Source of the DNA: a virus
IMG/VR virus record: IMGVR_UViG_3300027763_000036
Coordinates: 49,522-113,521 of that record
Reading direction: 5' to 3' (one strand)
DNA length: 64,000 nt
The notes beneath the pieces are model-generated. The model was given only the letters and a program-made list of their open reading frames with translations, ran no database searches and was not told the DNA's origin. Each line of letters starts with the position of its first letter. Within the stretch, counting starts at the first letter, position 1. Of the stretch, positions 43,964 to 54,178 are shown piece by piece. A program made the translations under genes and the position numbers.

Positions 43964-45172
43964 TTAGAAAAAGTCTGATGAATCATCATCATTATCTTCT
44001 TCAATATTGAAAATTAAATCATCAAAGTTAGCTTCACTAGTAAACTCTTGATTTGCTATATCTAATTCTGCTTGATCTCTTTCTTCAGGAGAAACCTCTA
44101 GACTCATAAAAGAAGCATTGTCACCCATATACACTTGATTTTCATCTGGAGCATAAGTAGGTGCGTCATCTTCATCTGATTCTAATGGTAAATTCATCCA
44201 ATCATTTAGATCTTCTTCATCTTCTGGATCTTCAGTGTAGTTATTAACAACTTCATTGTGAAAATCTATTGCTTCAAAAGTATTCCCAGCAGGGTCAGTA
44301 TAAGTTATTTGAGTTGCCTCAGCTTCTTTAGCCTCTTCTTCAGCTATTACATCAAAGATAGTTATCTGATTAGGATTAACTAAAGTTTCTGTAGCTTCAA
44401 TAACTTCTTCCTCTTGAGGTGCAACTACAGGAATTACCTGTGCAGGTGCACTGCACTGTTGGAAATTATTTACAGTAGAAATAAAATAATGCAAGACTCT
44501 TTGATCTTCCATCCAAGTCTTAGGATGTGAATGCTGTAATGCAATAGTCACAAAGTTATAGAATGCCCACAAACTATTGCTATCAGCATAAACATGACTT
44601 GGTCTATCCATTTGTTGTCTTATAATACTAGCCTGCTCTGTAGTAAGAATCTGATACTCCGCAAATAGGATACCTAGTAGCTGAGCTTGTTTTCTCTTAT
44701 TTAGAGTAATGCCCTTCATAGATTCTTTATCAGAACATAGCTGATTATAATACATGTGAGCATTAGCTATTTGATCTTGTATGGTTTTAACTGTCTCTTC
44801 ATCTGCAGTACCAGTATGTTTACGAGCCCAGCTTCCCATATCTCCACATACCATAGTAGTACCTGTTAGATTAATATAACCACCCACACCACACTTGAAT
44901 CTTACTTGTTTGTTATAACTGTTTGTCCATGCAAACATCATAGATAGCTCAGGGTCATTATTAAAATTTAATTTATAAATCCCATGAGCAATATTCCCGT
45001 CAGCAGTACATCTGTACTCTTCACTAACAACTCCAAAACCTGCAGCAGCAAGCTCAGTATATACATAATCCATTACGGATTGGTGACTAATTACAGTGTA
45101 AGTAGCACCATGATTTGGTAAAGGCACACTAACTAAGTGCGCCTTTGTACATTCAGCAATTTTCTTTGGCAT
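43964..45172 (-). CDS. DUF932-like protein with long acidic C-terminal tail
   Basis: 'TYTVISH', 'NSYNKQ..F..G', 'SLWAFYNFVT' motifs; last ~150 aa strongly D/E-rich. Confidence 0.6.
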   Translation of the reverse strand: MPKKIAECTKAHLVSVPLPNHGATYTVISHQSVMDYVYTELAAAGFGVVSEEYRCTADGNIAHGIYKLNFNNDPELSMMFAWTNSYNKQVRFKCGVGGYINLTGTTMVCGDMGSWARKHTGTADEETVKTIQDQIANAHMYYNQLCSDKESMKGITLNKRKQAQLLGILFAEYQILTTEQASIIRQQMDRPSHVYADSNSLWAFYNFVTIALQHSHPKTWMEDQRVLHYFISTVNNFQQCSAPAQVIPVVAPQEEEVIEATETLVNPNQITIFDVIAEEEAKEAEATQITYTDPAGNTFEAIDFHNEVVNNYTEDPEDEEDLNDWMNLPLESDEDDAPTYAPDENQVYMGDNASFMSLEVSPEERDQAELDIANQEFTSEANFDDLIFNIEEDNDDDSSDFF

Positions 45173-45174
45173 AA

Positions 45175-47073
45175 TTAAAATAAACTAAGTTGTGTTATAA
45201 TAGGCTCAAGATCTCTTATTTCTTTATTGATCTTGTCCAAATAATAATCATAATTAATATCATACTCACTAAAAGGTTTATCCTTATAGTCTATCATTAG
45301 AGTCTGCATCCATTTGCCAGCCTCAATTTGTATTTCCCTGTTGTCAGTATTGTTCTTCTTAATCACCTTACTACCTGTGTTAGATATAAAATATCTGATA
45401 GTGTGTTGTAATTTCTCTATAGAATAATCCCCGTCAGAAACCTTATGCTCATAGAACGACCAGTCCCCTTTGATCTTTACTCCACCACAAAAATCAAATA
45501 TATTTGTGACAGATTTAATATAATCTTCGGGCTTAATACCATCTACAAAATAAGCATGTATTGCTCTAGGAATTACAAGAAAACTCTTGTTCTTATGCAT
45601 AGCAAGATTAGCAAACTCAAACCTACCCTTACATTTAGATTTACCATCTTCTGTAATAGCAATGTAATTATTTACATCACCTAGGATAATCTTAGAATAC
45701 TTATCATGCTCCAGCTGTAGATTGGTTAGCTTCTCCCATCTTCTGCAGATTTCCATATACTTATCTTCATACTGTTTAGGGATCATTGTCTCCAAACCAT
45801 CTGTATTCTGCATAAGTGGTAAAGCATTTGGAATCTCTTCACAAATCATTTCATACAACATAGTAAGACTAAGCTGACCATTGATAGTGATTCTCATAGT
45901 AAACTCTGGGTCATACAAGAAACTGTTCTCATCATTAGATAAACCATAGGTGGAATTCAAGATAATCTTGTACACATAATTCTTCGGGTCTTTCTTAGGA
46001 ATCTTTTTCCTTTCCTCAAAGAACCATTCATACAGATTACAAAATTCTTCTTTAGGTAAATGTGCAGGAGCCCACTTATTTCTAATAGCTAGATTAGGAT
46101 AGAAACTAGTAACATCAGATGTCATTATTATCATCTCCTGATTAGTTTCATATACTTTAGTAGACCGTGCACCATGAACACCACCAAGACCAAAGTCTGT
46201 CTGTACACCTTTATACCTTACAGAATATTTAAAACCACCTTTAGTTTCACCCGGATATATAACAACATCCTGAAACTTCTTCAAAAGATTTTGAAAAGTA
46301 GCTGTCTTAAATTCTATATAAGGTAGTATAATATCACGGACTGTGATCTTTAACCTGTTAGTTCTCATCTGTCTGAGCTCATATTTCTTAATTCCAGTTT
46401 GCTTACTAAGAAACAATAAAAACAACTCCTTAGATATTCTTGGTTCAGATGCTGAGTATAAATCTATTCCATACTCATCTGTTAATTGTCTCCGCAGATC
46501 TATCTGATCTTTACACAGAAACATGATCTGCTTAGTAGATTTGACATCATTAATACAGTATCTGATTATCTCAGGTATTTGTTCTGTAGTAACTTCAGTA
46601 GTATGATGGATAGGCATATCAATAATATTGTGCCAGTCCATAGTATACTGTATCCACTTTAAGCTAGATCTTTTTGCATTGTTGTCCCAATGGTTTAGTT
46701 TAAATACATCAAGTTGTCTGATGCTTAGGTCCTTGGGAGAATACTCCTGAAACTCACCATTGTTACTTCTATTAATTACATCTTGTGCTTTTCTATAAAT
46801 AAATCTAGCAATAGTATCACCAGATTGCTCAAGAAGCTGCTCTTTATTTCTTAAGATGTGCTCAGTGATTTGGCTATCAAATCCAATACCATTAAAACTT
46901 ACATGCCATTCATCATATGCAATGTTCCTTTCTAGAAAAGTTACCAGTTCTAGAATCTCATTCTTGCTTTCATGAATAGTAAAGATTATTGGCTCTTCAG
47001 ATTTTACCCCCTCAAAGACTGCTATGAAACAAGAGCATAAAGTTTCATAATCCATTACATAGTGCTGTCTCAT
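45175..47073 (-). CDS. polB: DNA polymerase family B
   Basis: Exo I DYET, Exo II FNGIGFD, Exo III YCINDV; polymerase motifs SDVTSFYPN, KIILNSTYG, QNTDG. Confidence 0.93.
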   Translation of the reverse strand: MRQHYVMDYETLCSCFIAVFEGVKSEEPIIFTIHESKNEILELVTFLERNIAYDEWHVSFNGIGFDSQITEHILRNKEQLLEQSGDTIARFIYRKAQDVINRSNNGEFQEYSPKDLSIRQLDVFKLNHWDNNAKRSSLKWIQYTMDWHNIIDMPIHHTTEVTTEQIPEIIRYCINDVKSTKQIMFLCKDQIDLRRQLTDEYGIDLYSASEPRISKELFLLFLSKQTGIKKYELRQMRTNRLKITVRDIILPYIEFKTATFQNLLKKFQDVVIYPGETKGGFKYSVRYKGVQTDFGLGGVHGARSTKVYETNQEMIIMTSDVTSFYPNLAIRNKWAPAHLPKEEFCNLYEWFFEERKKIPKKDPKNYVYKIILNSTYGLSNDENSFLYDPEFTMRITINGQLSLTMLYEMICEEIPNALPLMQNTDGLETMIPKQYEDKYMEICRRWEKLTNLQLEHDKYSKIILGDVNNYIAITEDGKSKCKGRFEFANLAMHKNKSFLVIPRAIHAYFVDGIKPEDYIKSVTNIFDFCGGVKIKGDWSFYEHKVSDGDYSIEKLQHTIRYFISNTGSKVIKKNNTDNREIQIEAGKWMQTLMIDYKDKPFSEYDINYDYYLDKINKEIRDLEPIITQLSLF

Positions 47074-47297
47074 ATCTTTCTAAATAAGCCTTCCATGATT
47101 GGATCAAGTAATTTCTTAGTACTTAAATTCACATATGTTTCTGCAGGCATTTTAGCCTCACATTTACTACAGTGCTCAATCCTTATTGAATGAGTAGGAC
47201 TACAACATTGACAGTCAATTGGAAAACTAAAATAGGTAATTCTTAATGGACCTTCTTCTTCGCAATATTTGCAAGGTCCCCATGGTATACTTCCCAT
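47070..47297 (-). CDS. Small Cys-rich (Zn-binding) protein
   Basis: CKYC, CQCC..H, HCSKC in 75 aa; overlaps the polB start. Confidence 0.6.
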   Translation of the reverse strand: MGSIPWGPCKYCEEEGPLRITYFSFPIDCQCCSPTHSIRIEHCSKCEAKMPAETYVNLSTKKLLDPIMEGLFRKI

Positions 47298-47332
47298 AAT
47301 ATTTGTGTTCAGTTAAGCTGTTTCCCCGTGTA

Positions 47333-47364
47333 TAAAAATAATGGGGCAACCTAAGCCACCCCAT
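47333..47364 (-). terminator. Intrinsic terminator
   Basis: Minus strand ATGGGGTGGC-TTAG-GTTGCCCCAT then TATTTTT. Confidence 0.65.
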
Positions 47365-47375
47365 CGTGACCTAAA

Positions 47376-47738
47376 TTACTTAGATTTTGTTTCTTCAGTC
47401 ATGAAAGACTTGTAGTTAAATTTCTTGGCGTTAATTGCAAAATGTTCTACTATCTCTGTGATAGCTTCAGCATTCTCAATATAAAACTCCTGAAATACTT
47501 CAATCTTATGTCTGTCTTGTTTAGTACCTTTTGATCCGGTTACTACTTGTCCATACTCATCTAACTTAGGAAGCATATGTAAAGTATGCTTTGTAGTTTT
47601 AGAGATAATTACAAATACCTTTGTTCCCGGGTCAAAGATACATTCTACATAAGGACAATTATCCGCAATAGGGATAAGCCTAAAGGTTTGATTTTCTTGC
47701 CAGCTTGACTGAACTAGCATCATTGATTTTTCACTCAT
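47376..47738 (-). CDS. Hypothetical phage protein (120 aa)
   Basis: Clean ORF with A-rich leader; 'FRLIP...CPYVECIFDP' resembles a family I recall from crAss-like replication blocks. Confidence 0.65.
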   Translation of the reverse strand: MSEKSMMLVQSSWQENQTFRLIPIADNCPYVECIFDPGTKVFVIISKTTKHTLHMLPKLDEYGQVVTGSKGTKQDRHKIEVFQEFYIENAEAITEIVEHFAINAKKFNYKSFMTEETKSK

Positions 47739-47760
47739 TTTTTTGGTTTTTTAATTATTA

Positions 47761-47768
47761 CAAATTTA
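47761..47768 (-). promoter_or_regulatory. Possible Bacteroidota sigma-70 -7 element (TAAATTTG)
   Basis: Matches TAnnTTTG, 23 nt upstream of the ATG at 47738. Confidence 0.35.
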
Positions 47769-48332
47769 CTCTAGAATTTTTATATTTTGCAAATCTGCCA
47801 CCTGAATTAATAAACTTTCTTTATCAATATCAGTTTTAGTACACAATTCCCCCACTTCTTTTAGCAAATTTGGCTCAACACCCAACAGCTCTGCATATCT
47901 ATCATACCACTTGTTTGGGTACAAAAAGCTATGCACATACACATAGTTTCCACTATTCTTTTCAAAGAAATCTAGAATTTTGTTTTTAATTTTATTGTCA
48001 AATTTACTGAACTTTCCTTCAATAAACATTTGCCAATTATCTTTCTGATCTGAAAAATCAAATATAAATACACTGCTATTTTCATTTACTTTTACGTAAT
48101 CATATAATCTTGAGTGCTTTAATAAAACATTAGTTTCAAAGTTTTTATACTCTTCATCTTTTCTTGTTTTATACATGCACACCAACTTCATATCCTCGGG
48201 AGAATATTTTCCATTCCAGCTGATGTATGTTTCATCTGGAGTTACACTTGTCCCTCTTTTAATTCCCAAGAGCGGATATAAGAATATCTTGGACTTTTGA
48301 AAGTATTTACTATACAGTGCATTAATTACCAT
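47766..48332 (-). CDS. Hypothetical protein (188 aa)
   Basis: Tightly packed ORF downstream of the nuclease gene. Confidence 0.7.
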   Translation of the reverse strand: MVINALYSKYFQKSKIFLYPLLGIKRGTSVTPDETYISWNGKYSPEDMKLVCMYKTRKDEEYKNFETNVLLKHSRLYDYVKVNENSSVFIFDFSDQKDNWQMFIEGKFSKFDNKIKNKILDFFEKNSGNYVYVHSFLYPNKWYDRYAELLGVEPNLLKEVGELCTKTDIDKESLLIQVADLQNIKILE

Positions 48333-48337
48333 AATTT

Positions 48338-49357
48338 TTACAATTTTACATTACCCATAATTAAATCATATGGCAGTGTAAAGTCTTTGTTTTCATAATG
48401 ATACTTTGCCATATCCATTATGTCATCAAAGTCTTGTTGCCATATGGCCATTGTCTCTGCTGAGACTTGGAATGGATAAGCTTGGTTGTATTTGTCTATT
48501 ACTATAAAAGTAAAATACAACTTCCACTCTTCCAGATCAGGTAAGTCTTTTAGAAATTTATGAAACACAAGTTTCTCATATACCACGGCTTGTAACCAAT
48601 ACTTGTAATACTGCACAGAGTCCGGGAATTCTAAAAGAGATTTACCCGTTGTCTTAAGGTCATTAATAAAGACTGTCTTAGATTCTTTATCTATTACAAG
48701 ATTGTCTATAATTCCCTTAAAACCATAAGGTAGATAATTTACATCTATATTTACAAGCAACTCACTGTAAACTTCTAGATGAGTATCTTCCTCTGTCCTG
48801 TCAAGTTGTAGTAGCTGTCTAATTTCCGGATTGGATTTTAGAACAATAACACCTTCTCTACAGCCACTTAGAGTAGGTTCATCAACCACTAGCTTGTCTT
48901 GACTTTCTTTTAAGAACTGAAAGTAATTTTTGTTTTCTTCTGTGAGTATCTTATCAAGTCTCTGTTGGTCTGTCTTGAGTGTCTGATAAAGATTAGCTGT
49001 AAGTAGCTCTGTGAGTATATCTGCTGAATAGTCTTCCAAAGATAGTGTATTATTTTCTACTGACAAGTGTATCTTGAAAATATTATCAATAATTTTTTTC
49101 TGACTATCAGTTGGTTGTTTTCCCGGGAGGCTTGTAAAATAATCATCATACTTTTCCTCTTCAAATAAGAGACAGTGCAGAACCCTACCTGCTACCAGAT
49201 GGGGTCCCACAATGTCTTCTCTTTTCTTGAGCACATAATGATTATAGAATGCCACGGGAGAATAAAGAAGTTTACTCAGACTACTATAGCTGAAATAAAA
49301 CTTCTCTTTGTAAAACTTCTCTAGTTCCTCAGAACCAGTCAAGGTCATTTCCGCCAT
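48338..49357 (-). CDS. PD-(D/E)xK exonuclease (RecB/Cas4/ExoVIII-like)
   Basis: 'FSYSSLS', 'GRVLHCLL', 'FKGIIDNL', 'INDLKTT', 'YWLQAVVY'. Confidence 0.85.
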   Translation of the reverse strand: MAEMTLTGSEELEKFYKEKFYFSYSSLSKLLYSPVAFYNHYVLKKREDIVGPHLVAGRVLHCLLFEEEKYDDYFTSLPGKQPTDSQKKIIDNIFKIHLSVENNTLSLEDYSADILTELLTANLYQTLKTDQQRLDKILTEENKNYFQFLKESQDKLVVDEPTLSGCREGVIVLKSNPEIRQLLQLDRTEEDTHLEVYSELLVNIDVNYLPYGFKGIIDNLVIDKESKTVFINDLKTTGKSLLEFPDSVQYYKYWLQAVVYEKLVFHKFLKDLPDLEEWKLYFTFIVIDKYNQAYPFQVSAETMAIWQQDFDDIMDMAKYHYENKDFTLPYDLIMGNVKL

Positions 49358-50594
49358 TACTTTCTTCTATTTGATTGTTATTTGATTCTACTTCAGGGGT
49401 CTCCTGTTCTTGACTTAACTCTTCTTCTGTTGCTATTAACTCTGTCTTAAAGTCATTTGTTTTAATATCAGTTAATACAGCTTCTAGAAGTTCATCTGGT
49501 ATTATTTCATCTATCATGTGCATTATTTCTTTCAACTGACTTGTGACCTCAAGATTTTCTTCTGGTTCAGGATTAATTAAATTTAGAGAAGATATATTAA
49601 GCTTATCAAGATACTCTTGTTTGATTGTAACTTCTTTAACTTCAAATACATGATCATAATTAATACCTCCGTGAATAGAATAAGTATACTCTTTATACAA
49701 TCTCTTGATCATATCTACAGTAAGTAAACCCTTGTCATCAATGATTTTAACAATCGTCTCTGCATTTCTGTTACCAATATCTCTTGGAAGCCAATTAAAA
49801 TAACTAAGCATTGATTTAAAGTTTACATGATTCCTAGTATGAGAGTTACTGATCTCATGAGAATAATTGCTCAATAGCATTTGCAGATAAAGAACACTTT
49901 TTTCATAATGAGAGTTTGCCATAATTTCCATAGCAAGAACATGATTATCATTATCTGAGCTTTCAAACATATTTTTCAATTGCTGAAAAACCTCTTCATC
50001 TATTATAGTAGAATCATCACCATTGATATTAGTAATTAACTCTGTCTCATTATAAATTGGTTTACCCTGTATTGCATTATATGTATCTGAATGTTCTTCA
50101 TCAACAGCATATATATAACCACTGTTATAGTGATTATGCGCATTGCGGGCTAGACAATTTCTCATGTCTGACCAATCTGAACAAATTTTAGTACAACCTG
50201 ATGCATGAAGAGCTGTTTCTAACTTTTCAATATAATATTCATCCTTACAAATCTCTTTGACATTATTAAGAATAACTTCTGCATCTGCAATATAATACCA
50301 ATTAGAACCTGTCATCTTGCCCATACTGCTTTTACCACTGAATATAACATTGGCTTTTGCTGGATCTCTGACAACTCTAATACCAAGATTTAAAGTTAAA
50401 TCTTTTAGTTTTACCCGGGGAATATTTACGCCAGGTAGTAAATATATCATGTCTCCTTGTTTAGGAACATATCCTTTTGAATTTACAAAATCCGGAACAT
50501 CTGTTCCTAGTCCTTCTATAATTTTTACATTGAATCCACTGATATGGTCATGGTTATTATCACCACTTAATTCTATATGAACGTATTTTTCCAT
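49329..50594 (-). CDS. Hypothetical protein (BRCT-like segment, M..S.D.DN motif, acidic tail)
   Basis: Start reassigned to ATG 50594 because 50636 lies in a hairpin. 'IRVVRDPAKANVIF' is BRCT-like (weak). Confidence 0.6.
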   Translation of the reverse strand: MEKYVHIELSGDNNHDHISGFNVKIIEGLGTDVPDFVNSKGYVPKQGDMIYLLPGVNIPRVKLKDLTLNLGIRVVRDPAKANVIFSGKSSMGKMTGSNWYYIADAEVILNNVKEICKDEYYIEKLETALHASGCTKICSDWSDMRNCLARNAHNHYNSGYIYAVDEEHSDTYNAIQGKPIYNETELITNINGDDSTIIDEEVFQQLKNMFESSDNDNHVLAMEIMANSHYEKSVLYLQMLLSNYSHEISNSHTRNHVNFKSMLSYFNWLPRDIGNRNAETIVKIIDDKGLLTVDMIKRLYKEYTYSIHGGINYDHVFEVKEVTIKQEYLDKLNISSLNLINPEPEENLEVTSQLKEIMHMIDEIIPDELLEAVLTDIKTNDFKTELIATEEELSQEQETPEVESNNNQIEESNGGNDLDWF

Positions 50595-50613
50595 AATTGT
50601 CTTATAAAGATTA

Positions 50614-50633
50614 GGGGAAGTATTATCTTCCCC
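50614..50633 (-). terminator. Hairpin / possible terminator after the AAA ATPase gene
   Basis: GGGGAAG-tattat-CTTCCCC; weak T tract. Confidence 0.45.
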
Positions 50634-50692
50634 CATCTTAGTTATTAATTTGTTTGATGTTTGACTAAAGGGGTAACTGTTCTATCACTGTT

Positions 50693-51862
50693 TTAGCTGA
50701 TAGCCATCTTCACCACATTAGTATTCTGCATGAGTTTAGCAAACTTCACTTTGTTGCCATTTACAATCTCTTTGACCATATAATATCTTAAGTCATTTGT
50801 AAATGCTTCACAGTCTGTAGTAAGCTTAGCTAATCTGTCAATAATAGGTTGAGCAATAGAACCTTTCTCAGCAATAGTAAGTGAATAATTCACCAATCTG
50901 GTTGCAATTACACTTGAAATATCTGCTCTAAATTCATCATCCTTACCAACTGCACTTGTCAAAGCTCCCATTACATATACTTCATCCTTATTAAGAATAT
51001 CATCCGGAGAGATAATCTTATCTAGTTTATTATTAATAAACATAGTAAACATAGAACTAAAGTCATTACCAACAGAACCCTCACCAATCATTTGGATTAG
51101 TGGAAGATCATCCTCAAACTTTGGAATAGAACTAATAGCATTAAAGAACGTAGTAATAGCTCTTGGATTAACTCTTTGAGTTACAAGCTCTGGGTGCATC
51201 AACATAAAGTTAATACATCTACCATCTATCCCTGCATTCTCTGCCCACTTAGCCCATACATTAACATCATACTTCATCTCTACAGAAATAAATCTAGTCT
51301 TCTGAGCCACATCCAAAGAAGTAACATTATAGTCACCATTGTCTGGATTAGTAGTCAAGATTACATGCCAGTTCTTAGGTAGCTTCCAAGAAACATATTC
51401 TTGTCTATCTAAGATCTCCATAGTAGCTTGCATAAATCTGTGGTCTGCACGAGTATAGTCATCCAATACCAAGAAGCCTCCTTCACCCTTACCTTGAATC
51501 CACTCCGGAGCAGCATGAGCCATTCTCTTATCTACAACAGTAAACTTAGCATTAAGAGCTCCTTGAATTTGAGCTTCAGTTATCCAACGCTCTTTACCTT
51601 CTTGATTTCTTACTAAGAATTCTTTAACAGGAAAACCAACTAAGTCACCCAATTCTTCTATCTGAGATAAATTAAGCTTTACTACATCCATGTTAAGTTC
51701 TTTACCTAACTGCATGATAGCTGAAGTCTTACCAAGACCGGCATCACCTTCAATATTGATTGCCACTGGAATTTTTCCTTGGCTTTGGATATACTGGTTA
51801 TTTGCAACCATATGGCGGATAAATCCTTTTAACTCTTCTACGTTTAATTGTACTGTGTTCAT
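50693..51862 (-). CDS. MoxR-like AAA+ ATPase
   Basis: Walker A GDAGLGKTS, 'GDLVGFP', Walker B LVLDDYTRA, sensor 'LTTNP', 'NPRA'; adjacent vWA gene. Confidence 0.85.
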   Translation of the reverse strand: MNTVQLNVEELKGFIRHMVANNQYIQSQGKIPVAINIEGDAGLGKTSAIMQLGKELNMDVVKLNLSQIEELGDLVGFPVKEFLVRNQEGKERWITEAQIQGALNAKFTVVDKRMAHAAPEWIQGKGEGGFLVLDDYTRADHRFMQATMEILDRQEYVSWKLPKNWHVILTTNPDNGDYNVTSLDVAQKTRFISVEMKYDVNVWAKWAENAGIDGRCINFMLMHPELVTQRVNPRAITTFFNAISSIPKFEDDLPLIQMIGEGSVGNDFSSMFTMFINNKLDKIISPDDILNKDEVYVMGALTSAVGKDDEFRADISSVIATRLVNYSLTIAEKGSIAQPIIDRLAKLTTDCEAFTNDLRYYMVKEIVNGNKVKFAKLMQNTNVVKMAIS

Positions 51863-51873
51863 AGTTTTTCTTT

Positions 51874-53052
51874 TTATAGTTCTAATTTAATTACATGACC
51901 TGGTAAATCTTCATTCATATGTGATCTCTCTGATAAAACCCACAGGACACGTCCTTTTGGTTTTACAGATGTATAACACTCACCATCAGTAAAATACACC
52001 AGGCTTGTATATTTTTTTTGGTTAGCATTATAATAATCTAGGACTGGATCAAACTCAGTCCCACCTCTACCTTTTACATTTAATTCATTCTTACCTTTGT
52101 ATTCTTCTATAGAATTAATACTAGTATCACATTGAACTATTGTAATATCTACTCCAGCTTTATAGATATGATGTATCTCATTCATAAACTCAGTTAACTC
52201 TGCATTACTTACAGAACCTGAAGTATCAATGGCCAACAACATATGCTGTTTCATTTTAATTTTAAGGCCAGGATTTTCATCATACCTTCTATTTTCTTTT
52301 CTTCTAATCTTCTTAGTAAATACTTTAGTACTTGTACCAGAAAATCTTCTCACATAACTTCTCCAATCAAACTTAGGTCTAACTATTTCTTCAATAATTA
52401 TAACACCTTCTATCTCACCTGGAACATTCCCGCGCTTCTTAATAGTTTGTTCTTTAGCATCTGATAAAACTTTTTGTAATTGCTTCTCAATTAGTTTTTT
52501 CTCAGCTTCACTAAGATCTTCAAACTCTTCCCATGTACTATGATCAGGAATATTTCCGCTGTCTATGTTGTCTAGCAACTTATCCATCTCTTCATTTCCA
52601 CAAGTACCATCCTTGTCCTTCTCATCTTTAAGCTGTTGTAATTTATCATAATAATATCTACAACCTGCTTTAATATCAAGATCAAGATCTTCATAGTTAT
52701 TTATATCTATACCTCCATCTGGCAAATATTCTGGATCAATATACTGATTGATCTCCATGTCCATTGCAACATTAGCAAGTTTCTTGTCCCTAAAAGAACC
52801 AAAACTTACTAGATGTCCAAAGGCAATATGCAATAACTCATGCTTGAGTAATCCCATTTGATGTTTCTCACTAAGACTTGCCCAAAACTCTTCATTGATA
52901 GCCAACTGATAGTTGATACCATTCTTACTTACACCTGCCGTAGGAAGATCTTTTCTCCATATCTTATTAAGCATAATAAGAAAGAACCCATAATAGGGCT
53001 CTTTTAACATTAGCTCTTTACTAATTTTACTTAGACTCTGCTGTTTGTCCAT
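51874..53052 (-). CDS. DUF2201-type metallopeptidase-like + vWA domain protein
   Basis: HELLH motif; MIDAS DTSGS; 'GRGGTEF', 'YFTDG'. Confidence 0.88.
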   Translation of the reverse strand: MDKQQSLSKISKELMLKEPYYGFFLIMLNKIWRKDLPTAGVSKNGINYQLAINEEFWASLSEKHQMGLLKHELLHIAFGHLVSFGSFRDKKLANVAMDMEINQYIDPEYLPDGGIDINNYEDLDLDIKAGCRYYYDKLQQLKDEKDKDGTCGNEEMDKLLDNIDSGNIPDHSTWEEFEDLSEAEKKLIEKQLQKVLSDAKEQTIKKRGNVPGEIEGVIIIEEIVRPKFDWRSYVRRFSGTSTKVFTKKIRRKENRRYDENPGLKIKMKQHMLLAIDTSGSVSNAELTEFMNEIHHIYKAGVDITIVQCDTSINSIEEYKGKNELNVKGRGGTEFDPVLDYYNANQKKYTSLVYFTDGECYTSVKPKGRVLWVLSERSHMNEDLPGHVIKLEL

Positions 53053-53446
53053 CTTTTAGTTTTATGTTTATTTCAAATTTATCAGCGGGATACCCCATCT
53101 GACCTAAAAAGCCAATCATATTCTCAGTAAACAATTCCATAAAAAGTTCTATAGATTGATTACTTGCTTTGTTTGTTGTCATAGCAGATAAACAAGCTCC
53201 AGTACTTAACTGATGTCCATCTGTAGTATCACTTAAAGCATTTCCAATAGCTTTTGTGCACTGTGGACATTCTAATTTCCAAAGAGTATATTCTGTATTA
53301 CCAAACTTATATAAAGTTATAAGTTCACCAATATAATCTTCTACATTTACTTTTTTAAGAGATTCAAATGCAATAGTAGCATTATCTTTATCTGCAGAAC
53401 GTAACATGTTCAATAGATTCTTTGTTTCTTCTTTGTTAAAAATCAT
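53027..53446 (-). CDS. Hypothetical protein (139 aa, M..S.D.DN motif)
   Basis: Coupled to its neighbours; N-terminal 'LLNMLRSADKDNATIA'. Confidence 0.65.
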   Translation of the reverse strand: MIFNKEETKNLLNMLRSADKDNATIAFESLKKVNVEDYIGELITLYKFGNTEYTLWKLECPQCTKAIGNALSDTTDGHQLSTGACLSAMTTNKASNQSIELFMELFTENMIGFLGQMGYPADKFEINIKLKDGQTAESK

Positions 53447-53787
53447 TAGTCTTCAATTTTTAAAGTTTTAATCATCCATTCTGTAGGTGTATTTATATTA
53501 TCCACCCATTCTTTTGCAGTAGGAATATATCCATTGCAATCCTCTTTTACATGTTGTTCTCCAACATATCTTGTATATACAGTTTTACCATCTGAGTTGA
53601 CAAAAGACCTTCCAAATATCTTTTCACATTCAAATATTCCTTCACTGTGGTGTCTGAACATTCTATGCTTACTGTGTCCAATCCAAGCCTTAGTTTCATC
53701 AAACCATTCATGAATCTTTATGTACTCAATTGGAAAACCTCCCCACTTTCTAGCAGAAGATTTTGCATGTTCCCAGGGATGTGACAT
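53446..53787 (-). CDS. DUF6915-like His-rich protein
   Basis: 'HPWEHAKSSARKWGG...IHEWFDETK...HRMFRHHSEGIFECE...GEQHVKED'. Confidence 0.75.
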   Translation of the reverse strand: MSHPWEHAKSSARKWGGFPIEYIKIHEWFDETKAWIGHSKHRMFRHHSEGIFECEKIFGRSFVNSDGKTVYTRYVGEQHVKEDCNGYIPTAKEWVDNINTPTEWMIKTLKIED

Positions 53788-54176
53788 TAGTCTAAAGTTT
53801 GATTAATTAAATTACCTCTATGACCAAAAGATTCTGTTTTGGTATAATTTATATTATTATGTATTAGATACTCCCCAGAAGGTATTTTAATATACATATC
53901 ACCAAATCCACCATCATTATTCCACCAATCTTCTATATCACTTAAGATTTTTTCAGAAGCAAAATCTTCTATGTTCTGGTAGATATCTCTACCAACATCT
54001 CTTAAATTTTGTCTTTTGTGATAGTTTATTTCATTAAAATCATTAACTGGTTCTGTAGTATATTCAATGTACTCTATTGCACCGGAGTCTCCTCCACCTG
54101 AATAATATATGTAAAGACCTGTAATATCAAGGTCAGCCATCTGTAATAGAAGGCCTGTCATATTGTTTTCTGTCAT
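53787..54176 (-). CDS. DUF6878-like protein
   Basis: 'YSGGGDSGAIE' and 'DWWNNDGGFG'; coupled to the DUF6915-like gene. Confidence 0.7.
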   Translation of the reverse strand: MTENNMTGLLLQMADLDITGLYIYYSGGGDSGAIEYIEYTTEPVNDFNEINYHKRQNLRDVGRDIYQNIEDFASEKILSDIEDWWNNDGGFGDMYIKIPSGEYLIHNNINYTKTESFGHRGNLINQTLD

Positions 54177-54178
54177 AG

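Noticed and set aside
47298-47332. GC-richer leader GGGGAAACAGCTTAACTGAAC upstream of the Zn-finger/polB genes as a structured RNA or operator
   Set aside because: Only a 3-bp stem is visible and it occurs once; cannot be supported without comparative data.
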